Part shown: in pieces, positions 11,961 to 24,642 of the stretch
How the letters are laid out: each line of letters starts with the position of its first letter
Numbering within the stretch: the first letter of the stretch is position 1
Source: Amphiscolops sp. MND2022
Lineage: Eukaryota
DNA length: 64,000 nt
Reading direction: 5' to 3'
Assembly (NCBI GenBank): GCA_964187785.1
Contig: OZ076409.1
Coordinates: forward strand, 70,558,001 to 70,622,000
Made by a program: the position numbers and the translations under genes
The notes under the pieces: model-generated
The model's database searches: none
Told to the model about the DNA's origin: nothing
Seen by the model: the letters and a program-made list of their open reading frames with translations, nothing else

Positions 11961-14900
11961 GTGCGGGGGGGAAACCCCAACAAATATATTGGAGGATTCG
12001 GGTAGGGTCCTGAATCCGATTTTAACTCTAATAGCTATCGATAGGAAATCGTGCAAAAATTTCGGGATCTCGTGATCTAACCATAGGATTTTAAAGTTGG
12101 AGCGGCCCCCACCAGATTTTCCAAAGTTATTCGCCCCCCACCGGGTTCCAGCGTGATTGAAATATTTTGACGGGGTACACGGGCGACCGTTAGGGGTCAT
12201 TTTGGGGGTAAAATTTATATCCGGTCGCATAACTTTTTTCCTGTTGGTTTAAAACTTTGGGACCCTGCTAAAAGTTTCTTGACCGTGTTGCAGTGGCTCC
12301 GGAGGTCCAAACCAAATTTTTCTATCTTGAAGCTATCTCCAAGTACCCCCCCGCCCAAACCGTTATTTTTCCGGAAACGCAGGTTTTTGACCCGGAAGGA
12401 GTCGTCTGAGCGCGGGTTCGTTAGGTGATGTATTGGGGACGGCCTTGAGACGAAGCGGGGGACATGTAGTTTGCCGACCCCAATTTACCCCCCGGACGGG
12501 AAATGACCGTTATATGAGCGGGAAAATTGCCCCCCTCCACGTTTAACCGCTATTTCCGGTGTGAAGGAGTGGGAGTAGCGCGTCGGGTGTCATATATCAA
12601 AAGTAGGTTTAGACAAGGACCTATCGGAAACATGTGGTTTGGGACCCCCTGGACCAACCCGTTAGCGGGAAATGGCGCTTCCGCCTCCTTTTTTTACTGC
12701 TAAAACCGTAAAATGGGCATTGAGGGGTAAATATCTCGTGAACGCGTGGAGCAATCGTGTCCTTCACTACTACAAGGTTTCATGCCCATCATATGGTGCC
12801 TTCAGGGGGGCAAACAGATTTCCGCTATCTATCACCGTTACCGACTTGGCCCCCCAGCCTAACCGCTATGTTACCGGAAATGTCACTTTTTGAGCCCAAA
12901 GGGTCAGTCCGAGCGCGGCATCGTTAGGTAACTTATTGTAGTACTCAATGAGACGAGTTGGGGGATATAGTTTCAGTCACCCCCCGTTACCCCTTGTGAC
13001 CGGAAATGACCGTTATGTTGGTAAAATTGCGATTTTTGTACTTTTTGAAGGGCAATTAGGTGCGGAAGGAGTGGTAATAGGTGCTTGGACACTATATGAG
13101 GTAAGGGAGGACGTGAGGCGAGCATTCGGAAATAACCGTTATGTTGACCCCAAAGTCCCCCTGGTACCGTAAACGACCGGAAATGGTCAAATTTTGTGTC
13201 TATTGAGTACAAATGTTTGGTGTTTTATGAATAAAAGTACCTATTAGGTGTTTCGACGGTCTGCAGTAGTGAACATAGTCATGAAACCTTACGGGGGGTA
13301 ACGGTATATAGCACCGGAAGTCCAAACCGCTGGAGACAGGATAGGTTTTTTGGTTTTAAAATGTCTTTCGGCGTACTTTTGTTGACTATTATGGACTATT
13401 TTTAAAAATTAAAGTTTTTCCATATAGTTTCAGAGACTCCGAAACCTCAACCAACATAACCGTTACCTTATGATAGCCTTTCAAGTTGGCCTGGTGTCAA
13501 CTTGGAGGGGCTATCCTTCAAAAATCGTTAATCAAGTGTGTTTTTGGGTATGTTTGTATCAATTTAGAATCAATTAGAGCTTCAAGAAAAGTTTGCCAAC
13601 GACAAAAACTATGTCGTGATGATTCCGTTATTAGAATGATGGTTAACAAAATGTTGATAAAGTTAATTTTTTACATTTCAAATGTGTCCTAAAAGCCAGA
13701 AAACCTCTTTACCAAAAAAATGGTATTGATTGAATTGTATATAACAGGTAATAAAAGTTCAAATTGATTATTACGTTTCATTATTCAAGCTAAAACTTCA
13801 TAACAAAGTTTTATTAACGTCAACGCCACACACTTTACATCAACGCCCACCGTCTGTGGGCATGCTGAGGCATGCCCTTCGACGACGTATACCAAATACA
13901 TACCTAACGACGCCCGTACATCCCGGGCTAGGTGCGGGGGGGTAACCCCAACAAAGATATTGGAGGATTCGGGTAGGGTCCTGAATCCGATCTTAGTACC
14001 GCCAGCTATCAGTAGAAAATTTCCCTCAAAAACCGGGATCTCGGGAACTAACCGTAGGATTTGAAAGTTGGAGCGGCCCCCACCAGATTTTCCCGAATAG
14101 ATCGCCCCCCACCGGGCTCCATACCCCGGAAAATTTTTTTTTGGCCACACGGGCGACAGTTAGGGGGTCATTTTAGGGGTAAAATTCATATTGGTCCATA
14201 TAACTTTTTTCCTGTTGGTTTAAAAGTTTGGGAACCCTGCTAAAGGTTTTTCGACCATGTTGCAAGGGCTCCGGAGGTGCAAACCAAATTTTTCTATCTT
14301 GAAGCTATCTCCAAGTACCCCCCCGCTCAAACCGTTATTTTTCCGGAAACGCAGGTTTTTGACCCGGAAGGAGTCGTCTGAGCGCGGGGTCGTTAGGTGA
14401 TGTTTTGGGGACGGCCTTGAGACAAAGTGGGGGACAAGTAGTTTGCCAACCTCAATTTACCCCCCGGACGGGAAATGACCGTTATATGAGCGTGAAAAAT
14501 GCCCCCCTCCACGTTTTACCGCTATTTCCGGTGTGAAGGTGTGGGAGTAGCGCGTCGGGTGCCATATATCAAAAGTAGGTTTAAACAAGGAACTATCGGA
14601 AACATGTGGTTTGGGACCCCCTGGACCAACCCGTTAGCGGGAAATGGGGCTTCCGCCTCGTTTTTTTACGGTTAAAAACGGAAAACGGGCATTGAGGGAT
14701 AAATATCTCGTGAACGCGTGGAGCTACGGTGTCCTTCACTACTACAAGGTTTCATACCCATGATATGGTGCCTTCAGGGGGGCAAACAGATTTCCGCTAT
14801 CTATCACCGTTACGGACTTGGCCCCCCAGCCTAACCGCTATGTGACCGGAAATGTCACTTTTTGAGCCCAAAGGGTCGGTCCCAGCCAGGGAACGTTAGA

Positions 14901-17900
14901 TAACTTTTTGTAGTACTCATTGAGACGAGTTGGGGGACATAGTTTCAGTCACCCCCCGTTACCCCTTGTGACCGGAAATGACCGTTATGTGGGTAAAATT
15001 GGGATTTTTGTACTTTTTGAAGGGCAATTAGGTGCGGAAGGAGTGGTAATAGGTGCTTGGACACTATATGATGGAATGGAGGACGTGAGGCGAACATTCA
15101 GACATAACCGTTATGTTGACCCTAAAGTCCCCCTGGTACCGTAAACGACCGGAAATGGTCAAATTTTGTGTCTATTGGGTACAAATGTTTGGTATTTTGT
15201 AAAAAAAAAGTATCTATTAGGTGTTTCGACGGTCTGCAGTAGTGAACATAGTTATGAAACCTTGTGGGGGGTAACGGTATATAGCACCGGAAGTCCAAAA
15301 CGTTAGAGACGGGATAGTTGTTTCCGTTTTAAAATGTCTTTCGGCGTACTTTTGTCAACTAATATGGAATATTTTTTAAAATTAAAGTTTTTCCATATAG
15401 TTTCAGAGACTCCCAAACCTCAAACAACATAACCGTTACCTTATGATAGCCTTTCAAGTTGGCCTGGTGTCAACTTGGAAGGGCTATCCTTCAAAAATCG
15501 TTGATCAAGTGTGTTTTTGGGTATGTTTGAATCATTTTAGAATCAATTAGAGCTTCAAGAAATGTTTGTCAACGACAAAAACTATGTCGTGATGATTCCG
15601 TTATTAGAGTAATAGTTAACAAAATATTGATTAAGTTGATTTTTTACATTTCAAAAGTGTCCTAAAAGCCAGAAAACCTCTTTACCAAACAAATGGTATT
15701 GATTGGATTGTATATAACAGGTAATAAAAGTTCAAATTGATTATTACGTTTTATTATGTAAGCTGAAACGTCATATTATAGTTTAATTAACGTCAACGCC
15801 ACATACTTTACACCAACGCCCACCGTCTGTGGGCATGCCGAGGCATGCCCTTCGACGACGTATACCAAATACATTTCATATCTACACCCTAACCGCGGTA
15901 GCAGCTAGGTGCGGGGGGGTAACCCCAACAAAGATATTGGAGGATTCGGGTAGGGTCCTGAATCCGATCTTAGTACCGTCAGCTATCAGTAGAAAATTTC
16001 CCTCAAAAACCGGGATCTCGGGAACTAACCGTAGGATTTGAAAGTTGGAGCGGCCCCCACCAGATTTTCCCGAATAGATCGCCCCCCACCGGGCTCCATA
16101 CCCCGGAAAATTTTTTTTTGGCCACACGGGCGACAGTTAGGGGGTCATTTTAGGGGTAAAATTCATATTGGTCCATATAACTTTTTTCCTGTTGGTTTAA
16201 AAGTTTGGGAACCCTTCTAAAGGTTTTTCGACCATGTTGCAAGGGCTCCGGAGGTGCAAACCAAATTTTTCTATCTTGAAGCTATCTCCAAGTACCCCCC
16301 CGCTCAAACCGTTATTTTTCCGGAAACGCAGGTTTTTGACCCGGAAGGAGTCGTCTGAGCGCGGGGTCGTTAGGTGATGTTTTGGGGACGGCCTTGAGAC
16401 AAAGTGGGGGACAAGTAGTTTGCCAACCTCAATTTACCCCCCGGACGGGAAATGACCGTTATATGAGCGTGAAAAATGCCCCCCTCCACGTTTTACCGCT
16501 ATTTCCGGTGTGAAGGTGTGGGAGTAGCGCGTCGGGTGCCATATATCAAAAGTAGTTTTAGACAAGGATCTATCAAAAACATGTGGTTTGGGACCCCCTG
16601 ACCCAACCCGTTAGCGGGAAATGGGGCTTCCGCCTCCTTTTTTTTCGGTTAAAAACGGAAAATGGGCATTGAGGGGTAAATATCTCGTGAACGCGTGGAG
16701 CTACGGTGTCCTTCACTACTACAAGGTTTCATACCCATGATATGGTGCCTTCAGGGGGGCAAACAGATTTCCGCTATCTATCACCGTTACGGACTTGGCC
16801 CCCCAGCCTAACCGCTATGTGACCGGAAATGTCACTTTTTGAGCCCAAAGGGTCGGTCCCAGCCAGGGAACGTTAGATAACTTTTTGTAGTACTCATTGA
16901 GACGAGTTGGGGGACATAGTTTCAGTCACCCCCCGTTACCCCTTGTGACCGGAAATGACCGTTATGTGGGTAAAATTGGGATTTTTGTACTTTTTGAAGG
17001 GCAATTAGGTGCGGAAGGAGTGATAATAGGTGCTTGGACACTATATGATGGAATGGAGGACGTGAGGCGAACATTCAGACATAACCGTTATGTTGACCCT
17101 AAAGTCCCCCTGGTACCGTAAACGACCGGAAATGGTCAAATTTTGTGTCTATTGGGTACAAATGTTTGGTATTTTGTAAATAAAAGTATCTATTAGGTGT
17201 TTCGACGGTCTGCAGTAGTGAACATAGTCATGAAACCTTGTGGGGGGTAACGGTATATAGCACCGGAAGTCCAAAACGTTAGAGACGGGATAGGTTTTTC
17301 CGTTTTAAAATGTCTTTCGGCGTACTTTTGTCAACTAATATGGAATATTTTTTAAAATTAAAGTTTTTCCATATAGTTTCAGAGACTCCCAAACCTCAAA
17401 CAACATAACCGTTACCTTATGATAGCCTTTCAAGTTGGCCTGGTGTCAACTTGGAAGGGCTATCCTTCAAAAATCGTTGATCAAGTGTGTTTTTGGGTAT
17501 GTTTGAATCATTTTAGAATCAATTAGAGCTTCAAGAAATGTTTGCCAACGACAAAAACTATGTCGTGATGATTCCGTTATTAGAGTAATAGTTAACAAAA
17601 TATTGATTTAGTTGATTTTTTACATTTCAAAAGTGTCCTAAAAGCCAGAAAACCTCTTTACCAAACAAATGGTATTGATTGGATTGTATATAACAGGTAA
17701 TAAAAGTTCAAATTGATTATTACGTTTTATTATGTAAGCTGAAACGTCATATTATAGTTTAATTAACGTCAACGCCACATACTTTACACCAACGCCCACC
17801 GTCTGTGGGCATGCCGAGGCATGCCCTTCGACGACGTATACCAAATACATTTCATATCTACACCCACCCGCGGTAGCAGCTAGGTGCGGGGGGGAAACCC

Positions 17901-20900
17901 CAACAAAATTTTTGGAGGATTCGGGTAGGGTCCTGAATCCGAGTTCAGTGCTGCCAGCTTTCGTTAAGAAAATTTGGATAGGATTCGGGATCTCGTGATC
18001 TAACCATAGGATTTTAAAGTTGGAGCGGCCCCCACCAGATTTTCCGAAAATTAGCGCCCCCCACCGGGTTCCATACCCCGGAAAATTTTTTTCTGGCCAC
18101 ACGGGCGACCGTTAGGGGGTCATTTTAGGGGTAAAATTCATATTGGGCCACATAACTTTTTTTCTGTTGATTTAAAAGTTTGGGAACCCTACTAAAGGTT
18201 TTTTGACCGTGTTGCAGGGGCCCCGGATGTCCAAACCAAATTTTTCTATCTTGAAGCTATCTCCAAGTACCCCCCCGCCCAAAACGTTATTTTTCCGGAA
18301 ACGCAGGTTTTTGACCCGGAAGGAGTCGTCGGAGCGCGGGGTCGTTAGGTGATGTATTGGGGACGGCCTTGAGACGAAGTGGGGGACATGCAGTTTGCCA
18401 ACCCCAGTTTACCCCCCGGACGGGAAGTGACCGTTATATGAGCGGGAAAAATGCCCCCCTCCACGTTTTACCGCTATTTCCGGTGTGAAGGAGTGGGAGT
18501 AGCGCGTCGGGTGCCATATATCAAAAGTAGGTTTAAACAAGGACCTATCGGAAACATGTGGTTTGGGACCCCCTGGACCAACCCGTTAGCGGGAAATGGG
18601 GCTTCCGCCTCCTTTTTTTACGGTTAAAAACGGAAAATGGGCATTGAGGGGTAAATATCTCGTGAACGCGTGGAGCTACGGTGTCCTTCACTACTACAAG
18701 GTTTCATACCCATGATATGGTGCCTTCAGGGGGGCAAACAGATTTCCGCTATCTATCACCGTTACGGACTTGGCCCCCCAGCCTAACCGTTAAGTGACCG
18801 GAAATGTCACTTTTTGAGCCCAAAGGGTCGGTCCCAGCCGGGGAACGTTAGGTAACTTATTGTAGTACTCATTGAGACGAGTTGGGGGATATAGTTTCAG
18901 TCACCCCCCGTTACCCCTCGAGACCGGAAATGACCGTTATGTGGGTAAAAGTGCCATTTTTGTACTTTTTGAAGGGCATTTAGATGCGGAAGGAGTGGTA
19001 ATAGGTGCTTGGACACTATATGAGGTAAGGGAGGACGTGAGGCGAGCAGTCAGACATAACCGTTATGTTGACCCTAAAGTCCCCCTGGTACCGTAAACGA
19101 CCGGAAATGGTCAAATTTTGTGTCTATTGGGTACAAATGTTTGGTATTTTGTAAATAAAAGTATCTATTAGGTGTTTCGACGGTTTGCAGTAGTGAACAT
19201 AGTCATGAAACCTTGTGGGGGGTAACGGTATATAGCACGGGAAATCCGAACCGTTGGAGACAGGATAGGTTTTTTGGTTTTAAAATGTCTTTCGGCGTAC
19301 TTTTGTCGACTATTATGGACTATTTTTAGAAATTAAAGTTTTTCCATATAGTTTCAGAGACTCCGAAACCTCAACCAACATAACCGTTACCTTATGATAG
19401 CCTTTCAAGTTGGCCTGGTGTCAACTTGGAAGGGCTATCCTTCAAAAATCGTTAATCAAGTGTGTTTTTGGGTATGTTTTTATCATTTTAGAATCAATTA
19501 GAGCTCCAAGAAAAGTTTGCCAACGACAAAAACTATGTCGTGATGATTCCGTTATTAGAATGATGGTTAACAAAATGTTGATAAAGTTGTTTTTTTTCTA
19601 TTTCAAATGTGTCCTAAAAGCCAGAAAACCTCTTTACCAAAAAATGGTATTGATTGAATTGTATATAACAGGTAATAAAAGTTCAAATTGATTATTACGT
19701 TTCATTATTCAAGCTAAAACTTCATAACATAGTTTAATTAACGTCAACGCCACACACTTTACATCAACGCCCACCGTCTGTGGGCATGCCGAGGCATGCC
19801 CTTCGACGACGTATACCAAATACATACCCAAACGACGCCCGTACATCCCGGGCTAGGTGCGGGGGGGTAACCCCAACAAAATTTTTGGAGGATTCGGGTA
19901 GGGTCCTGAATCCGAGTTCAGTGCTGCCAGCTTTCGTTAAGAAAATTTGGATAGGATTCGGGATCTCGTGATCTAACCATAGGATTTTAAAGTTGGAGCG
20001 GCCCCCACCAGATTTTCCGAAAATTAGCGCCCCCCACCGGGTTCCAGCGTGATTGAAATATTTTGACGGGGTACACGGGCGACCGTTAGGGGTCATTTTG
20101 GGGGTAAAATTTATATCCGGTCGCATAACTTTTTTCCTGTTGATTTAAAAGTTTGGGAACCCTACTAAAGGTTTTTTGACCGTGTTGCAAGGGCTCCGGA
20201 GGTCCAAACCAAATTTTTCTAGCTTGAAGCTATCTCCAAGTACCCCCCCGCCCAAAACGTTATTTTTCCGGAAACGCAGGTTTTTGACCCGGAAGGAGTC
20301 GTCTGAGCGCGGGGTCGTTAGGTGATGTTTTGGGGACGGCCTTGAGACGAAGTGGGGGACATGTAGTTTGTCAACCTCAGTTTACCCCCCAGACAGGAAA
20401 TGACCGTTATATGAGCGGGAAAATTGCCCCCCTCCACGTTTTACCGCTATTTCCGGTGTGAAGGAGTGGGAGTAGCGCGTCGGGTGCCATATATCAAAAG
20501 TAGGTTCAGACAAGGACCTATCGGAAACATGTGGTTTGCGACCCCCTGGCCCAACCCGTTAGCAGGAAATGGGGCTTCCGCCTCCTTTTTTTACGGTTAA
20601 AAACGGAAAATGGGCATTGAGGGGTAAATATCTCGTGAACGCGTGGAGCTACGGTGTCCATCACTACTACAAGGTTTCATACCCATGATATGGTGCCTTC
20701 AGGGGGGCAAACAGATTTCCGCTATCTATCGCCGTTACCGACTTGGCCCCCCAGGCTAACCGTTAAGTGACCGGAAATGTCACTTTTTGAGCCCAAAGGG
20801 TCGGTCCCAGCCGGGCAACGTTAGGTAACTTATTGTAGTACTCAATGAGACGAGTTGGGGGATATAGTTTCAGTCAACCCCCGTTACCCCTTGGGACCGG

Positions 20901-21851
20901 AAATGACCGTTATGTGAGTAGAATTGCAATTTTTATACTCTTTGAAGTGTATTTAGGTGCGGAAGGAGTGGTAATAGGTGCTTGGACACTATATGATGTA
21001 ATGGAGGTCGTGAGGAGAGCATTCGGAAATAACCGTTATGTTGACCCCAAAGTCCCCCTGGTACCGTTAACGACCGGAAATGGCCAAATTTTGTGTCTAT
21101 TGGGTACAAATGTTTGGTATTTTATGGATAAAAGTACCTGGAAGGTGTTTTAAAGGCCTCCAGAAGTGAACATAGTCATGAAACCTTGTGGGGGGTAACG
21201 GTATATAGCACCGGAAGTCCAAACCGTTGGTCACAGAATAGGTTTTTTGGTTTCAAAATGTCTTTAGGCATAGTTTTGTGGGTTGAATCGTCATAATATC
21301 AACTAATACGGACTTTTTTCGGAAATAAAATTTTTTCACATTAGTTTCAGGGACCTCCAATGCTTCAGTCAACATAACCGTTACATTTTGATAGCCTTTC
21401 AAGTTGACCTGGTGTCAACTTGGAAGGGCTATCCTTCTAAAATCGTTAATCAAGAGTGTTTTTGGGTAGGTATATGTTGCATTAGTACCATTTAGAGCTT
21501 CATCAACAGTTTGCCAACGGCAAAAACGATGTCGTGATAATTCCGTTATAAAAATATTAGTTAACAAATTGTTTTCAAAGTTGATTTTTTCCATTAAAAA
21601 TGTGTCCTAATGCCACCAAATTGAATAAAATAATAAATGGTATTGACTAAAACTAAATAACAATGAAAAAGAAGATCAACATTTTTATTAGGTCTCATTA
21701 TGGAAGCTGAAACCTCACGTTTTAGTTTAATTAACGTCAACGCCACATACTTTACATCAACGCCCACCGTCTGTGGGCATGCCGAGGCATGCCCTTCGAC
21801 GACGTATACCAAACAACCTCCATATCTACACCCACCCGCGGTAGCAGCTAG
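11961..21851 (+). mobile_element. Five tandem family A units (1971-1995 bp)
   Basis: Starts at 11961, 13932, 15909, 17884, 19857, each GTGCGGGGGG(G/T)AA... Each ends hairpin...GCTAG. Confidence 0.9.
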
Positions 21852-24642
21852 GTGGCGGGGGGCTGTCCCCAATAGAATATAGTGAGGTAGGGTAGGGTTC
21901 CCTACCGAACATTCAGTACTGAAAGACTCTTGTAGTATGAAAATTTTTCGATGTTTTGAGACCGATTTCGGATTCCACCCGTCAGAAGTTTATGATTTTT
22001 TGGCCCCCACCCAGATTTTGGGCACTGATCGCCCCCCACCAGGTTCCATACCCGTGGTTTCGTTGTGACGGGTACACGAGCGACCGTTAGGGGTCAATCA
22101 GGGGGTAAAATTTATAAAAGTGTGAATAACTTTTCCCCCCGTCGTTTTAGCAGGTCCGGTCACTAGTAAAGGTTTGTTGGGCATCATGCAGTGGGTACGG
22201 GGGGCCAAACAAAAATTTTCTATCTTGCACCGTTACGGACTTGCCCCCCCGCCCAAACCGCTATTTTACCGGAAATTGCACTTTTTGACCGGGAAGGAGT
22301 CGTCTGAGCGCGGAGTCATTTGGTAATGTTTTGTAGAGCATCTGGAGACGTGGTGGGGGACATGTAGTTTGCCGACCCCAGTTTACCCCTCGGACGGGAA
22401 ATGACCGTTATGTGAGTTTCAAAAATGCCCCCCTCCAATTTTCCCCGCAATTTCCGGTGTGAAGGAGTCGGAATAGCGTGTCGAGTGCTATATATCAAAA
22501 GTAGCTTTAAACAAGGACCTATCAGAAACATGTGGTTTGGGACCCTTTGAACGGACCCGTTAGCCGGAAATAGGGTGACCGCCTCCTTTTTTTGGTGGTA
22601 AAACCGTAAAACGGGCATTAAAGTGTAATTATCTCGTGAACGCGTGGAGCAATCGTGTCCATCACTCCTACAAGGTTTCATACCCATGACATGGTGCCTT
22701 CAGGGGGGCAAACAGATCAGCGCTATCTATCACCGTTACGGACTTTGCCCCCCAGCCTAACCGCTATATTACCGGAAATTGCCCTTTTTGACCGGGAAGG
22801 AGTCGTCTGAGAGTGGAGTCGTTAAGTAATGTTTTGTAGAGCATCTAGAGACGTGTTGGGGGACATGTAGTTTGCCGACCCCGGTTTACCCCTCGGACGG
22901 GAAATTACCGTTATGTGAGTTTTAAAATTGACCCCCTTCAACTTTCCCCGTTATTTCCGATGTGAAGGAGCGAGGGTAGCGCGTCGGGTGTCATATATCA
23001 AAAGTAGGTTAAGACAAGGACCAACCGGGAACATGTTGTTTGGGAACCTCTGGCCCAACCCGTTAGCCGTTATAAGGGTGATCGCCTCCTTTTTTTACTG
23101 CTAAAACCGGACAACGGGCATTGAGGGGTAAATATCTCGTGAACGCGTGGAGCAATCGTGTCCATCACTACTACAAGGTTTCATACCCATGATACGGTGT
23201 CTTCAGGGGGGAAAACAGATTACCGCTATATATCACCGTTACGGACTTGGCCCCCCAGCCTAACCGCTATGTGACCGGAAATGTCATTTTTTGAGCCAAA
23301 AGGGTTGGTCCCAGCGTGGGAACGTCAGGTAACTTTATGTAGAACTCAATGAGACGAGTTGGGGGATATAGTTTTAGTCACCCCCCGTTGACCCGTTGGA
23401 CCGGAAACGACCGTTATGTAGTGAAAAATGTTGTTTTTATACTTTTTGAAGGCCATTTAGGGCAGGAAGTATCGGTAATATGTCTTTGGACAGTATACAA
23501 TGAAAGTTTTGGTGTGAAACGAGCAATCTGAAATAACCGTTATTATGATTCGGAAGTCACACTAACAGCGAAAATGACCGTTATGTAGTGAAAATTTTTT
23601 TCACAATTTTTTTTATTTTCGATAGGTCCTTCAAGCCAGGAAGTAGCTGTATTAGGTCTTTGGTCACTTTATGATGATTGTGGTGTTGTGAGATGACCGT
23701 ACGAACTTGACCGTTATAATGCCCCTGAAGTTGCGGCGGCACGAGAAATTTCAGAAAGTTTGTCTTTTCTGTGTTTTGTTGGAATAAAAATGTAATTTCA
23801 TCAAACCAAAGTGCATTCAGGGTGTCAGAAAGCTTCAAGAAAAGAATTTGACAGGAAACATGAGGTGAGAAATAGGAAAATGCCACGGAAATCCAACCCG
23901 TTGGGAAGTAAAGATAATAAATTGGTTTGGAAGTGCCAATCGACGTGTAATTGCGGATCATAGCTACGATATTGTCTCTTTTGTTTCTTTTTGAAGACTT
24001 TGAACATTTTCACTTTATCAGCTTGAAGTTTCGACTCCATTAACTCAATAACCGTTACAATATGATAGCCCTCAAGTTGACCTTGTGTCAACTTGAAAGG
24101 GCTATCCTTTCACAACTGCGCAGCGACAGTGTGATTGAGTGTTTTTGTTATTATCCATAGCCAATTTGAACTTCAACAAAAGTTTAACCATAGTTAAAAA
24201 ATTTCATATGATTCTTTTAAAAGGATAAGTAAGAAACAAATGTTTGACAAAAAACTTTCAACCTTTAATTTGTGGACTGAATATCAGGAAAACCATGTCT
24301 CCTAACGTTGTTGGATGAAATTCAACATGATTCTTTTAATAGGATAACAAAGTTTGACAACATATTTTTTTATATTCTTTCGTTGGTGCTCTACATTTTA
24401 GGAAAACGAATTTTCCAACAAATATTGTTGGCTGATGCCTGTTCATAGTGGCTTGAAAATTTCACCAACTGTAATGCTTTTTATCAAAGGTGAAACCGCT
24501 CCTTACCGTCGCATAATGTAATTCAAGCCGACGCCCACATGCCAACATCAACGCCCACCGTCCGTAGGCATGCCGAGGCATGCCTTTCGACGACGTATGC
24601 CAAATCACGCCCCTGCGAGGTCACTAAAGCGGTAGCGGCTAG
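21852..24642 (+). mobile_element. Family C unit (2791 bp), diverged relative of A with an extra 503-bp internal repeat
   Basis: A-like internal sequence. ACCGTTACGGACTT recurs at 22229, 22732 and 23235. The 3' end resembles the RepHel element end. Confidence 0.82.

Noticed and set aside
11961..21851. Ordinary ~2-kb satellite DNA
   Set aside because: The monomers are interspersed with unrelated units at one precise joint and share termini with the RepHel element.
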